64,000 nt of DNA from Gammaproteobacteria bacterium (GCA_020853135.1 JADYZO010000005.1:422-64421), one strand, 5' to 3'. Counted from the first letter of the stretch, positions 45,551 through 56,145 are shown. Made by a program: numbers and translations. The notes: generated by a model not told the origin, from the letters alone.

Positions 45551-48409
45551 TCAGGAGGCGAAGACCTCGTCCCAGATGGCGTGGATGCGGCCGGCCAGGG
45601 CAGCCGCCGCCTCGCGCGGCATCAGCCCGGGCTGGCCGGCCAGCGCGAGGTGGTGCAACTGCTCGCGGTAGCCGCGGTAGGCATCGGCCAGCACCCCGGC
45701 GGTTGCGGTGCTGATCACGCCGGCTGCGGCCAGCGCCTCGAGCTGGCGGATGTTGTCCGACCAGCGCACCAGCTCCGCGTGATGGCGGGCCTCGCGCAGC
45801 ACCAGGTACTGCACGATGAACTCGATGTCGGTGATCCCGCCGCGGTCGTGCTTGATGTGGAAGCTCTCCGCAGTGCCCCGCGGCAGCTCCCGCGCCATGC
45901 GCTCACGCATCTCCAGCACATCGGCCCGCAGCCGTTCGTGGTGCACGTGCGTGGTGAGCACCTCGCGCCGGATGGCCTCGAAGGCAGCCAGCACGCCCGC
46001 ATCGCCGCCGATGCCCCGGCTGCGCAGCAGCGCCTGGTGCTCCCAGGTCCAGGCGTCCTGCTGCTGGTAGGCCCGGAAGGCGGCAAGGCTCGACACCAGC
46101 AGCCCCTGGCGCCCCTCCGGCTGGAGCCGGGTGTCCACCTCGTAGAGGTGGCCGCCCGGTGTGAGCATGGTGGCAAAGCTGATGATGCGCCGGGCAAGGC
46201 GCACGAAGAACACGCCGTTCTCCAGCGGGCGCTCGCCATCGGTCTGCTGGGACTCGCCGGCGGAGTCGTGGAGGAAGACCAGGTCGAGGTCGGAGGCATA
46301 GCCGAGCTCGAGCCCGCCGAGCTTGCCGTAGGCGACGATGCCGAACGCCGCGGGACGCGCCTGCCCGTCCACGACGCAGCGCGGTCTGCCGTGGCGGGTC
46401 TCGAGTTCGCGCCAGGCCTGGTCGCAGGCAGCCTGCAGCACCAGTTCGGCGGTCTCGGTGAGGCGGTCGCTCACCTTCATCAGGGGCAGCACGCCGGAGA
46501 GATCGGCCACCGCGACGCGAAACACCGCCGCACGCTGGAAATTGCGCAGCGCCTCGAGCCAGCGTTCGGGATCCTCGCCGCCGACCGCCTCCAGGCGCCT
46601 TTCGAGTTCCCCCGCCAGCTCGGCGCGCGTCGGCGGCTCGCCGAACATGCGGGGGTCGAGCAACTCGTCGAGCAGGATGGGATGGTCGGCGATCTGGCGC
46701 GCGAGGAAATCGCTCAGGCCGCACATGCCGACGAGGCGGTCGCGTGCCGCGGGGTTCTCGTTGAGCAGCGCGAAGTAGGCCGAGCGCCGGCCGATCGCCT
46801 CGATCACGCCGGCCACTCCATCGATGGCCAGCAGCGCATTGCGCTCGCGGCCGGCCGCCTCCAGCAGCGCGGGAACCAGCCTGTCGAGCCGCTGGCGGCC
46901 CGCGGCATCGAGCCGCTGCAGGCTCGTCGCGGCACGCAGACGCCGCAGGCGCTCGAGCACCGCCTCCGGTGCGGGGAACCCCGCCTCGCGCAGCAGGCCG
47001 GCCGCGGCCTCCGGGGCTGCCTCCTCCAGCCAGACCTGGCGCAGGCCTCCACCGGTGGCGGCCTTGCCGCCGCCCTCGCCGCGGAACACCACGGCGTGGA
47101 AATGGCTGCTGACGGTGGCGCGGTGGCGCTCGAGCCCGGCCGCCACCTCGCCCCACTCACCCGCCCCCAGCGCCAGCGCGAGGCGGGCCCGGTCGGACGG
47201 CTCGGCCGGCACGTTGTGGGTCTGCTGGTCGCGCAGGGCCTGGATGGCGTTCTCCAGCCGGCGCAGGTACAGGTAGGCGGCGGTGAGCGCATCCACGGCT
47301 GCGGCCGGCAGGCAGCCGTGGCGGGCGAGGGCGGGCAGCAGGCCCAGGATGTCCTGGCCCCGCAGGCCGGCCACGCTGCCCCCACGCACCAGCTGGAAGG
47401 ACTGCACGATGAATTCGATTTCGCGGATGCCGCCCGGCCCGAGCTTGATGTCGGCCGCGAATTCCCTGCGCCGCACTTCGGTCTCGATCAACGCCTTCAT
47501 CTCGCGCAGCGAGGCGAACACGCCATAGTCGAGGTAGCGGCGGTAGACGAAGGGGCGCACGACGTCCTGGTAGAACCAGGACGCCTCGCTCCACTCGTTG
47601 ATCACGCGGGCCTTGACGTAGGCGTAGCGCTCCCAGTCCCGGCCGTTCTGCATCAGGTAGTTCTCCAGCGCCGGCAGCGAGACCGCCAGCGGCCCGCTGT
47701 TGCCGAAGGGGCGCAGGCGCACGTCCACGCGGTAGACGATGCCCTCGGTGGTGGGCTGGCCGAGCAGGTTGACCAGGCGCTGGCAGAGCAGGCGGAAGTA
47801 TTCCTCGTTGCTGACCGGCTTCGCACCATCGGTCTGTCCCGCGTCGACATAGACGAAGACGAGGTCGATGTCCGAGGAGAAATTGAGCTCCCGGCCGCCG
47901 AGCTTGCCCATGGCGAGGATGCCGAGGTCGCAGGGCGCGCCGTCGGGGAGCCGCGGCCGGCCATGGCGCGCCTGCAGCGCCTCCCCCGCCCAGGCGAGCG
48001 CGGCAATGATGCAGGCATCGGCGAGGTCGGAGAGCTCGCGCAATGTCCCGGGCACGGTGGCCAGGCCTTCCAGCTCACGCCACAACACCCGCAGCAGTTC
48101 ACGGTGGCGGAAGAGGCGCAGCCGGGACATGAAGGCCGTCTCGGCGAGCGGCGGCTCGATGAACTCGCCGAGCGCAGCGGCCAGGTCCCCCGGTGCCGCC
48201 GCCCGGTCCACCCGGCCCGAGTCGAGCAGCTGCTGCAGCAGCCCGGGATGGCGGCTGGCGATGTCGGCGGCAAAGGGGCTGGCGGCGAAGAGCCGCAGCA
48301 GCCGCGGGGTGAGCCGGGGGTCCTCGCGCAGCGCTGCCGGCAGGGTCTCCAGCGCCTGCCTGGCTTCGCCGAGCAGGGATTCGGGGACAGGCGGCAATCT
48401 CGCGCTCAT
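45551..48409 (-). CDS. glnE: Bifunctional glutamine synthetase adenylyltransferase/deadenylase
   Basis: Two NT domains, MGKLGGRELNFSSDIDL and YGKLGGLELGYASDLDL; WERYAYVKAR; AWTWEHQALLR; ATG at 48409. Confidence 0.96.
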   Translation of the reverse strand: MSARLPPVPESLLGEARQALETLPAALREDPRLTPRLLRLFAASPFAADIASRHPGLLQQLLDSGRVDRAAAPGDLAAALGEFIEPPLAETAFMSRLRLFRHRELLRVLWRELEGLATVPGTLRELSDLADACIIAALAWAGEALQARHGRPRLPDGAPCDLGILAMGKLGGRELNFSSDIDLVFVYVDAGQTDGAKPVSNEEYFRLLCQRLVNLLGQPTTEGIVYRVDVRLRPFGNSGPLAVSLPALENYLMQNGRDWERYAYVKARVINEWSEASWFYQDVVRPFVYRRYLDYGVFASLREMKALIETEVRRREFAADIKLGPGGIREIEFIVQSFQLVRGGSVAGLRGQDILGLLPALARHGCLPAAAVDALTAAYLYLRRLENAIQALRDQQTHNVPAEPSDRARLALALGAGEWGEVAAGLERHRATVSSHFHAVVFRGEGGGKAATGGGLRQVWLEEAAPEAAAGLLREAGFPAPEAVLERLRRLRAATSLQRLDAAGRQRLDRLVPALLEAAGRERNALLAIDGVAGVIEAIGRRSAYFALLNENPAARDRLVGMCGLSDFLARQIADHPILLDELLDPRMFGEPPTRAELAGELERRLEAVGGEDPERWLEALRNFQRAAVFRVAVADLSGVLPLMKVSDRLTETAELVLQAACDQAWRELETRHGRPRCVVDGQARPAAFGIVAYGKLGGLELGYASDLDLVFLHDSAGESQQTDGERPLENGVFFVRLARRIISFATMLTPGGHLYEVDTRLQPEGRQGLLVSSLAAFRAYQQQDAWTWEHQALLRSRGIGGDAGVLAAFEAIRREVLTTHVHHERLRADVLEMRERMARELPRGTAESFHIKHDRGGITDIEFIVQYLVLREARHHAELVRWSDNIRQLEALAAAGVISTATAGVLADAYRGYREQLHHLALAGQPGLMPREAAAALAGRIHAIWDEVFAS

Positions 48410-48518
48410 GGCCGCGCATGCTAGCAGCACCCGTTCCGGCAGTTGAGCTGGCGGGACGGCACGATCGCGGCCGGCCGCGCCGGGTGGGTCCCGGCAGCCC
48501 GCGCGGCGGGTCCGGAGC

Positions 48519-48546
48519 GGCGGGCCCCGCAGCCGCGGGGCCCGCC
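48519..48546. terminator. 12-bp GC-rich hairpin between catalase and glnE
   Basis: ggcgggccccgc-agcc-gcggggcccgcc perfect stem; no U-tract. Confidence 0.35.
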
Positions 48547-48596
48547 CGTCGTTGACTGCGCCTCCCGGTCCACTCGCCGGACCGGCCCAGGATCCC

Positions 48597-50045
48597 TCAG
48601 CGCACCTCGGCCAGCGCGATGCCGAGTGCCCTGGCCACACCCGCGCCGTAGGCCCGGTCGGCCTTGAGGCAGTTGCCGATGTGCCGCAGCTGGATCTCGC
48701 GCGGCGCCGGGCCGATGGAGCGCGCGGTGTTGTCGAACAGCGCCTGCTGCTGTGCCGGAGTCATCAGGCGAAAGAGCGCGCCGGGCTGCGAGTAGTAGTC
48801 ATCGTCCTCGCGGTGGTTCCAGTGGTCCGCGGCTCCCGCGAGCGCGAGCGGCGGCTCGCGGAAGTCCGGCTGCTCCTGCCACTCGCCATCGCTGTTCGGC
48901 TCGTAGCCCAGCGTGCCGCCGTGGTTGCCGTCCACCCGCATGGCCCCATCGCGGTGGTAACTGTGCACCGGGCAGCGGGGCGCATTGACCGGGATGAGGT
49001 GGTGATTCACCCCCAACCGGTAGCGCTGCGCATCGCCGTAGGAGAACAGCCGCCCCTGGAGCATGCGGTCGGGCGAGAAGCCGATGCCCGGCACGATGTT
49101 GGCCGGATTGAAGGCAGACTGCTCGACCTCGGCGAAGAAGTTCTCCGGATTGCGGTTGAGCTCCATCACGCCCACCTCGATGAGCGGGTAGTCCTTGTGC
49201 GGCCAGACCTTGGTGAGGTCGAAGGGGTTGTAGGGCAGCTTCGCCGCATCAGCCTCGGGCATGACCTGCACCATCAGCGTCCACTTCGGGAAGTCGCCCT
49301 TGCCGATGCTCTCGTAGAGGTCCTTCTGGTGGCTTTCACGGTCCTTGCCGATCACCGCCTCCGCCTCGGCATCGCTCAGGTTCCTGATGCCCTGCTGGCT
49401 CCTGAAGTGGAACTTCACCCAGTGGCGCTCGTTCCCTGCGTTGATGAAGCTGAAGGTGTGACTGCCGAAGCCGTGCATGTGGCGGTAGGTGGCCGGGATG
49501 CCCCGGTCGCTCATGACGACGGTCACCTGGTGCAGGGCCTCGGGCAGCGAGGTCCAGAAGTCCCAGTTGTTCTTCGCGCTGCGCAGGTTGGTGCGCGGAT
49601 CCCGCTTGACCGCATGGTTGAGGTCGGGGAACTTCAGCGGGTCACGCAGGAAGAACACCGGGGTGTTGTTGCCGACGAGGTCCCAGTTGCCCTCCCCGGT
49701 GTAGAACTTCACCGCGAAGCCGCGGATGTCGCGCTCGGCATCCGCCGCACCGCGCTCGCCGGCCACGGTGGTGAAGCGCGCGAAGAGCTCGGTCTTCTTG
49801 CCCACGGCGGAGAAGATCTTCGCCCTGGTGTAGCGCGTGATGTCGTGGGTCACGGTGAACGTGCCATAGGCCCCGGAGCCCTTGGCGTGCATGCGCCGCT
49901 CCGGGATCACCTCCCGGTCGAAATGCGCGAGCTTCTCGAGGAACCACACGTCCTGCAGCAGCTGCGGGCCACGCGGACCGGCGGTCAGCACGTTCTGGTT
50001 GTCCGCCACCGGGCAGCCGGCGTTGGTGGTGAGTTTCTTGCCCAT
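48597..50045 (-). CDS. katA: Small-subunit monofunctional heme catalase
   Basis: [40 protein letters not shown]; ATG at 50045. Confidence 0.96.
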   Translation of the reverse strand: MGKKLTTNAGCPVADNQNVLTAGPRGPQLLQDVWFLEKLAHFDREVIPERRMHAKGSGAYGTFTVTHDITRYTRAKIFSAVGKKTELFARFTTVAGERGAADAERDIRGFAVKFYTGEGNWDLVGNNTPVFFLRDPLKFPDLNHAVKRDPRTNLRSAKNNWDFWTSLPEALHQVTVVMSDRGIPATYRHMHGFGSHTFSFINAGNERHWVKFHFRSQQGIRNLSDAEAEAVIGKDRESHQKDLYESIGKGDFPKWTLMVQVMPEADAAKLPYNPFDLTKVWPHKDYPLIEVGVMELNRNPENFFAEVEQSAFNPANIVPGIGFSPDRMLQGRLFSYGDAQRYRLGVNHHLIPVNAPRCPVHSYHRDGAMRVDGNHGGTLGYEPNSDGEWQEQPDFREPPLALAGAADHWNHREDDDYYSQPGALFRLMTPAQQQALFDNTARSIGPAPREIQLRHIGNCLKADRAYGAGVARALGIALAEVR

Positions 50046-50161
50046 CGTCGTTCTCCTTCGGGTTGCTGCGGCCGGCGCCACGCGGCGGGGCCTGGTGTGG
50101 CCTTCCCGGCGGATCACCCGCCGGACGCAGGCATTGTGGACAGGCCAGACAAATTAAGCCA

Positions 50162-50187
50162 ATAGGATGTTCCTGTTGGAACGATAT
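50162..50187. promoter_or_regulatory. Candidate OxyR-binding site upstream of the catalase gene
   Basis: ATAG-N7-CTGT-N7-ATAT, matching three tetrads of the OxyR ATAG-N7-CTAT-N7-ATAG pattern with one mismatch in each of two. Confidence 0.5.
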
Positions 50188-50316
50188 TTAAAACAGAATG
50201 GTGGCCGCGCCTTGTCCGGCGGGCATCCGCCGGGACCACCCACTGCCGGCGGCGCATGTCGCACCGGCCGGCCGCTGGCCCTAGAATCGGGCGCGATACC
50301 CGATGCGAGAGAGCCG

Positions 50317-51600
50317 ATGCCGCAATTCCCGAACCAGCAGGTCCTCGCCCGCCAGGCGGCCGCCACGCCACGGGGACTCGCCGTCCTCGGCGATTTCTTC
50401 GCCGCGCGCGCGGCGGGCGCGGAGATCTGGGACATCGAGGGCCGGCGCTTCATCGACTTTGCCGGCGGGATCGCCGTGATGAACGTCGGCCACGGCCACC
50501 CGCGGGTGCTGGCGGCGGTGCGCGGGCAGCTCGAGCGCTTCACCCACACCAGCTACCAGACCGTGCCCTACGAGTCCTACATCGCGCTGGCGGAGAAGCT
50601 CAATGGGCTCACGCCGGGCAGCCACGCGAAGAAGACCGCGCTCTTCTCCACCGGCGCGGAGGCCGTGGAAAACGCGGTCAAGATCGCGCGCGCCCACACC
50701 GGGCGCAGCGGGGTCATCGCCTTCGGCGGTGCCTTCCACGGGCGCAGCCTGCTCGCACTCTCGCTCACCGGGAAGGTGGAGGGCTACAAGGCTGGCTTCG
50801 GGCCCTTCCCGGCGGAAATCTTCCACGTGCCCTTCCCGGACGCTCACACGGACCTTGCGCTCACCCGGGCTGCCGTGGAGCGGCTGTTCAGGACCGACAT
50901 CGAGCCCGCACGGGTGGCTGCCATGATCTTCGAGCCCGTCCAGGGCGAGGGCGGCTTCAACGTGATCCGGCCGGAAGCGGTCGGCTGGATGCGCGAGCTG
51001 TGCGATGAGCACGGCATCGTCCTCATCGCCGACGAGGTGCAGACCGGCTTCGGCCGCACCGGCCGGCTGTTTGCCATGGAGCACCACCTCGAACGCAGTG
51101 GCGTGGTCGCCGACATCATGACGCTCGCCAAGTCGCTGGCCGCGGGGCTGCCGCTCTCGGCGGTCACCGGCCGCGCGCAGATCATGGACGCCCCGGCGCG
51201 CGGGGGGCTCGGCGGCACCTATGCGGGCAACCCGCTGGCGGTCGCCGCGGCGCATGCGGTCATCGACATCATGCGGGAGGAGGACCTGCCCGCGCGCGGT
51301 GCCGGGCTCGGGCAGCGCCTGCGCACCCTGCTGGAAGCCGAGCGCCACGCCCTGCCGCGGATCGCCGACGTGCGCGGCCCCGGGGCGATGGTGGCGGTGG
51401 AATTCCGTGACCCGGCCACCGGCGCCCCCGATGCCGGCTTTGCCCGGCGCGTGCAGGCCGGAGCGCTGGACCGCGGGCTGCTGCTCCTCGGCTGCGGGAT
51501 GGATGCCAATGTCATCCGCTTCCTGTTCCCGCTGACCATCGCCGAGCCACTGTTCGAGGAGGCGCTCGGCATCCTGCGCGACAGCCTGCGGGCGGCCTGA
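50317..51600 (+). CDS. gabT: 4-aminobutyrate-2-oxoglutarate transaminase
   Basis: IDFAGGIAV, FSTGAEAVENAVKIAR, EPVQGEGG, IADEVQTGFGRTG, AKSL, GGTYAGNP; ATG at 50317. Confidence 0.9.
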   Translation: MPQFPNQQVLARQAAATPRGLAVLGDFFAARAAGAEIWDIEGRRFIDFAGGIAVMNVGHGHPRVLAAVRGQLERFTHTSYQTVPYESYIALAEKLNGLTPGSHAKKTALFSTGAEAVENAVKIARAHTGRSGVIAFGGAFHGRSLLALSLTGKVEGYKAGFGPFPAEIFHVPFPDAHTDLALTRAAVERLFRTDIEPARVAAMIFEPVQGEGGFNVIRPEAVGWMRELCDEHGIVLIADEVQTGFGRTGRLFAMEHHLERSGVVADIMTLAKSLAAGLPLSAVTGRAQIMDAPARGGLGGTYAGNPLAVAAAHAVIDIMREEDLPARGAGLGQRLRTLLEAERHALPRIADVRGPGAMVAVEFRDPATGAPDAGFARRVQAGALDRGLLLLGCGMDANVIRFLFPLTIAEPLFEEALGILRDSLRAA

Positions 51601-51619
51601 GACCCCTGACGGGCGACCC

Positions 51620-53500
51620 TCAGGGGCGATACCAGCCCTGACGATAGGCCAGCACCGGCCACTGCGTGTGGGCCAGCGCCTCGCGCTCCAGTTCCGTGTC
51701 GGGCGGCGCCGGCTCCAGGTGCTGGCCGCGGACGCGGAAGTGATGCGCAGTGCCATCGGGATCGAGGACCTCGACGTCGTCGCCCACGCGATAGGCGTTG
51801 GTGTCGTGGAACTGCATGAGGGCGCGGCCTGGTCCGGTCAGATCCGTGCGGCTCTGGTCCAGGCCGGGGGCCGGGATCACCACGCGCAGGCCCATGAGCG
51901 AGAGGGCCGTGGGCAGCAGGTCCACCTGGCTGGCGAGCCGTGTCACCTCGCGCGGCTGCACCGTCCCGCCGGCGATGAAGGCCGGGATGTGGAACGAGAG
52001 CACCGGCACCAGGCCTTCGCCGAGCGTACGGCTCTCGTGATCGGCGACGACCATGAACAGCGTATTGGCCCACCAGGGGCTGGCCGCGGCGGATTCGAGG
52101 AAGCTGCCGACCGCGAAGTCGGCGTAGCGCGCCGCATTGTTCTGCGTCTGCTTCGGCTGCTCGTAGAGTTCGATGCGCCCATCCGGAAAGTCGTAGGGTG
52201 GGTGGTTCGACGTGCTGAACACCAGCGTGAAGTGCGGCCGGCCGTCGGCGGCATCACGTTCGAGCTTGCGGGCCACCCAGGCGTAGAGATCCTCGTCGGA
52301 CACGCCCCAGGTGGTGCTGAATTTCGCGCCAGGCAGCAGCTCGCTCCAGTCCACCACCCGGTCGAAGCCGTTGCCAAGAAAGAACCGGCGCATGTTGTCG
52401 AAGCTGCTGTCGCCACCGTAGACGAATTCGGTCTGGTACCCCTGCGCCTTGAGCACCTGCGCGAGCGTGAAGAAATCCCGCTGGGCACGCTCGAGGCGCA
52501 GCACGCTCGGCGCACGGGTCGGCAGGAATCCCGTCACCACGGCCTCGAGCCCCCGGGCCGAGCGCGTGCCGCTGGCGTAGAGGTTGTCGAACCAGAAGCT
52601 GCGGCCGCGCCAGGTCTCGAGCTTCTGCGCCACCGGCAGGCCACCCAGGCTCTGGAAATAGTGCGCGCCCAGGCTCTCCTGCAGGAGGATCACCAGGTTC
52701 GGCCGCCCGCCCGGGCGCGCCGTCGGCACCAGTTCGTGCAGTGTCGGCCGCGCGGGATCGCTGAAGGCAGCGGGCGGCAACTGCATGCCGGAGCGCACGC
52801 GGGCGATGACCTCGGCCTCGGGGATGTTCCCGTAGCCCTTCAGGACATCCTTCTCGCGGGACATCTGCCAGAGCGCGTGCACCGCCGAGTACGTGGAGTT
52901 CAGCGCCAGGTCATTGACCAGCGGATCGGCCGACGAAGCCGCGAAACTGATGTTGAGCGGCCGGTGGCCGGTGCTGCCACGCACGCCAAAGGCGAGGGCG
53001 GCCACCAGCGGCGCCAGCACCACCAGGCGCAACCCCCAGTGCGGGGCATCGCGCAGCGGCCGGCGGCCCAGTGCCCGCCAGGCCAGGAAGCCGGCGGACC
53101 CGGTGAGCGCAATACCCATGAGCAGCGCCAGGCGATGCGCCTCCCAGATGGTCATGAACACCTCGCGGGGCGAGTCGAGGTACTCCACATAGAGGCGGTT
53201 CGGCCGCAGGCCGAACTCCGCCATGAAGTCGGGGGTCGCCGCCTCGTTCCAGACGATCAGCATCAGCCAGGCAGCCAGCCATGCGGCCAGCGTGCCCTGC
53301 CAGATCCCGCTGAGCAGCAACCGGCGCGGTGCGATCCATTGCACCAGGACCACCAGCAGGCACACCGCGCAGATCACCACGAGGTCGAAGCGCCAGGCGC
53401 GCCCGAGCACCTCCAGGAGGCTGGCACCCGCCGTGAAATGGCCGGCATAGCGCCACGCCAGCAGCAGGCGGCTGGCGCTGAACACCAGCAGTGCAGCCAA
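51620..53500 (-). CDS. LTA synthase family / alkaline-phosphatase-superfamily membrane protein (start uncertain)
   Basis: Several N-terminal TM helices, NLVILLQES, GTRSARGLEA, STSNHPPY, FMVVADH, SQVDLLPT. Confidence 0.88.
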   Translation of the reverse strand: MAALLVFSASRLLLAWRYAGHFTAGASLLEVLGRAWRFDLVVICAVCLLVVLVQWIAPRRLLLSGIWQGTLAAWLAAWLMLIVWNEAATPDFMAEFGLRPNRLYVEYLDSPREVFMTIWEAHRLALLMGIALTGSAGFLAWRALGRRPLRDAPHWGLRLVVLAPLVAALAFGVRGSTGHRPLNISFAASSADPLVNDLALNSTYSAVHALWQMSREKDVLKGYGNIPEAEVIARVRSGMQLPPAAFSDPARPTLHELVPTARPGGRPNLVILLQESLGAHYFQSLGGLPVAQKLETWRGRSFWFDNLYASGTRSARGLEAVVTGFLPTRAPSVLRLERAQRDFFTLAQVLKAQGYQTEFVYGGDSSFDNMRRFFLGNGFDRVVDWSELLPGAKFSTTWGVSDEDLYAWVARKLERDAADGRPHFTLVFSTSNHPPYDFPDGRIELYEQPKQTQNNAARYADFAVGSFLESAAASPWWANTLFMVVADHESRTLGEGLVPVLSFHIPAFIAGGTVQPREVTRLASQVDLLPTALSLMGLRVVIPAPGLDQSRTDLTGPGRALMQFHDTNAYRVGDDVEVLDPDGTAHHFRVRGQHLEPAPPDTELEREALAHTQWPVLAYRQGWYRP

Positions 53501-53746
53501 CGCGAACAGCAGCAGCGGCCTGAGCAGGGCGCCGAGGGCCGAGGCAGAACTTGCGGCGGACCGGCCCCTGCTGGCGGCCGCCGGGGAATTGCTGGAACGG
53601 ATGGCGCACCCCTGTCCGGGGCCTGATGCAGCCCCGTTTCAGTCATGTTGGACGGCCGCCGGCCGGCGGGTCAACCGTGCGTCAGGCCCCTGGCATGCTG
53701 CAGCCCGCCGAAACGCCCAGCGATGCCTGGGGCTGCCGCCGGCGGC

Positions 53747-54106
53747 TCAGGTACCGCGGACCGGCGCCTTGCGGCCGGCCTCGTCCACGCACACGAAGGT
53801 GATGGCCGTTTCGAACATCACCTCGGCCGGATCACCGGCCTGGACCAGCCCGAAGGCCCGCACCCGGTAACGCACCGAAGTGTGGCCGAGGTGCTCGCGC
53901 ACCACGGCAAAGCGCAGCACCTCGCCGACGGCGATGCGGCGCCTGAACTGCACGTTGTCCATGGCGATGGTCACGAAGCGCAGCCCCGGGAACTCCACGG
54001 TGACCGTGATGTAGGCGAACTCGTCGATCCACTGCAGCAGCCAGCCGCCGAAGAGGAAGCCGTAGTGGTTGATGTGCTCGGGGAGCACCAGCTTGTGATG
54101 GTCCAT
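53747..54106 (-). CDS. Hotdog-fold acyl-CoA thioesterase
   Basis: PEHINHYGFLFGGWLLQWIDE, GHTSV, FVCVDEAGR. Confidence 0.88.
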   Translation of the reverse strand: MDHHKLVLPEHINHYGFLFGGWLLQWIDEFAYITVTVEFPGLRFVTIAMDNVQFRRRIAVGEVLRFAVVREHLGHTSVRYRVRAFGLVQAGDPAEVMFETAITFVCVDEAGRKAPVRGT

Positions 54107-54134
54107 GGGAAATCCCGGCGTGCCGAGGCAGAGT

Positions 54135-55475
54135 CTACCGGTGTGCCGGCGGCCCGGGCGGAAATGTCAGCGTGACGGCCAGCCCGCCTCCGGACGCCCC
54201 CGCCCCGAACCCGACCGACGCCCCGTGGATCTCGGCGATGCGCCGGACGATGGACAGCCCGAGCCCGCTGCCCTCACCGGCAGCCTGGCCGCGGAAGAAG
54301 CGCTCGCCGAGCCGCGCCATCTCCGCAGCGGGCACGCCCGGGCCATGGTCGGACACGGTCAGGTGCACCCCGGCGCCAGTATCGACGAGGCTGACCTGCA
54401 CCGGCGGCGCACCATGGTGCAGGGCATTGGCCAGCAGGTTGCGCACCAGCGTGCCGAGCAGCAGGGCCTGGCCGGTCACGTGGGCATTGCCCGCGGACTC
54501 GAACGTGAAATCCGCGTCACTGGCGCCGGCCACCACCGCATCGGCAATGGCCTGGCGGACCGTGGCGGCCAGGTCGACATCGGCCGCGGCCGGGAGGCCA
54601 GCATCCTGGTCCAGCCGCGCCAGCGTCAACAGCTGGTCGATGAGCCCGGCCATGCGGTCACAGGCGCGGATGACCTTGTCCAGCGCCTCCCCGCGCGTGG
54701 ACACATCGCCGGTGGTGCGGGCCACCTCGGCCTGGGCGCGGACGGCGGCCACCGGCTTGCGCAATTCGTGGGAGGCGTCCGCGGTGAAGCGCCGCTGCAG
54801 GTCGGTGCTGTGGCGGATCCGGCTGAACAGCTCATTGAGTCGCTGCACGAGGGGCAGGGCCTCGGCAGGAATGCTGCGGGTGTCGAGGGCATCGAGGGCC
54901 TGTGGCCGGCGTCCGCGCAACTGCTCACCCAGGCCAGTCAGCGGCCGCAGCGTGTGGCTCACGATCCACCACACCAGGACCGCCAGCAGCGGCAGGGCCA
55001 GGGCGAGCGGCCGCAGGGCATTGAGCGCGGCACGCCCGGCGATACGCTCGCGGACGACGTGGTCCTCGGCCACCTCCACCAGCGCCCTGCGTTCGCGGTC
55101 CCGGGCCGTGAACACCCGCCAGTGCCGCCCGGCCACCATCGAATCGGTGAATCCGTGGTCTGCACTGCTCAACCGTACCCCGGGCGCATCCGCGGATTTC
55201 AACACCAGCCCGTGCCCTTCCTCCCAGACCTGGAAGGTGACGCCATGGCCGAAGTCCCCGGCATCCGGCAGGTCACCGGCGTCGAGTTCCAGCAGCTCGT
55301 GGCCCGCCTCCGCGGCCAGCACCGCGGTGGCCTGGGCCAGGTGTGCGTCGAGCAGCCGGTCGATGGCACGGTGCGCATCCACGTAGGTGGCCATCGCGGC
55401 CAGCGCCCAGACCGTGGCAACCGCCGTGACGAGAAGCGCCAGCAACCGCGTGCGCAGGGAGGGGTTATGCGTCAT
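54135..55475 (-). CDS. Sensor histidine kinase (QseC/PmrB-like)
   Basis: Two TM helices, FTADASHELRKP, LVRNLLANA, DHGPG, GSGLGLSIV; ATG at 55475. Confidence 0.93.
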   Translation of the reverse strand: MTHNPSLRTRLLALLVTAVATVWALAAMATYVDAHRAIDRLLDAHLAQATAVLAAEAGHELLELDAGDLPDAGDFGHGVTFQVWEEGHGLVLKSADAPGVRLSSADHGFTDSMVAGRHWRVFTARDRERRALVEVAEDHVVRERIAGRAALNALRPLALALPLLAVLVWWIVSHTLRPLTGLGEQLRGRRPQALDALDTRSIPAEALPLVQRLNELFSRIRHSTDLQRRFTADASHELRKPVAAVRAQAEVARTTGDVSTRGEALDKVIRACDRMAGLIDQLLTLARLDQDAGLPAAADVDLAATVRQAIADAVVAGASDADFTFESAGNAHVTGQALLLGTLVRNLLANALHHGAPPVQVSLVDTGAGVHLTVSDHGPGVPAAEMARLGERFFRGQAAGEGSGLGLSIVRRIAEIHGASVGFGAGASGGGLAVTLTFPPGPPAHR

Positions 55476-56145
55476 CGTCTTTCGCGGCATCCCGTGGCAA
55501 CAGGTAGCCGACGCCACGGATGGTGCGGATCACCTCCGGGGCGAGCTTGCGCCGCAGGCGATGGACGAACACCTCGATGGTGTTGCTCTCGGCCGCGCGA
55601 TCGAGGTCGTAGAGGCTGGCCTCGAGCTGCTCGCGTGTCAGCACCCGCCCGCTGTTGAGCATCAGCTCGCGCAGCAGCGCGAACTCGCTCGCATGCAGCT
55701 CGACCCGCTGGCCGCGGAAGCTGACCTCGCGCGAATGGGCATCGAGCGTCAGCCCGCCGACCGCCAGCAGGTTCGAACCGGCGCCATGGGCGCGCCGTAT
55801 CAGGGCCCGCAACCGCGCGGCCAGTTCGCTGATGGCCACCGGCTTGACGACATAGTCATCCGACCCGGTATCGAGCCCGGCGATGCGGTCCTCGACGGCA
55901 TCGCGCGCGGTGAGGACGAGCACCGGCACCCGGTCGCCGCGGGCCCGTGCCGTGCGCAGGACCTCGAGCCCGCCCCGCCGCGGCAGGCCGAGATCCAGGA
56001 CCACGGCAGCATATTCCCCGGTGCGCAGCATCGTGTCGGCGCCGATGCCATCGCGCACCCAGTCGATGACAAAGCCGCGATCGCGCAGGCCTGTCTGGAG
56101 CGCGCCGCCCAGCAGATCGTCATCCTCCACCACCAGCACGCGCAT
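55465..56145 (-). CDS. OmpR-family response regulator (QseB/PmrA-like)
   Basis: VLVVEDD, VLDLGLP, LTARDAVEDRIAGLDTGSDDY, SNTIEVFVHRLRRKL. Confidence 0.95.
   Translation of the reverse strand: MRVLVVEDDDLLGGALQTGLRDRGFVIDWVRDGIGADTMLRTGEYAAVVLDLGLPRRGGLEVLRTARARGDRVPVLVLTARDAVEDRIAGLDTGSDDYVVKPVAISELAARLRALIRRAHGAGSNLLAVGGLTLDAHSREVSFRGQRVELHASEFALLRELMLNSGRVLTREQLEASLYDLDRAAESNTIEVFVHRLRRKLAPEVIRTIRGVGYLLPRDAAKDDDA

Noticed and set aside
45581-48424. 947-aa plus-strand ORF, and similar long ORFs opposite pilJ, htpG, the transglycosylase and the LTA synthase
   Set aside because: Each mirrors a well-supported gene on the other strand and has Arg/Ala/Gly-rich shadow composition
53374-53646. 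90-aa ORF as an independent gene
   Set aside because: Overlaps the LTA synthase 5' end out of frame and has low-complexity composition; kept only as a possible frameshifted N-terminus
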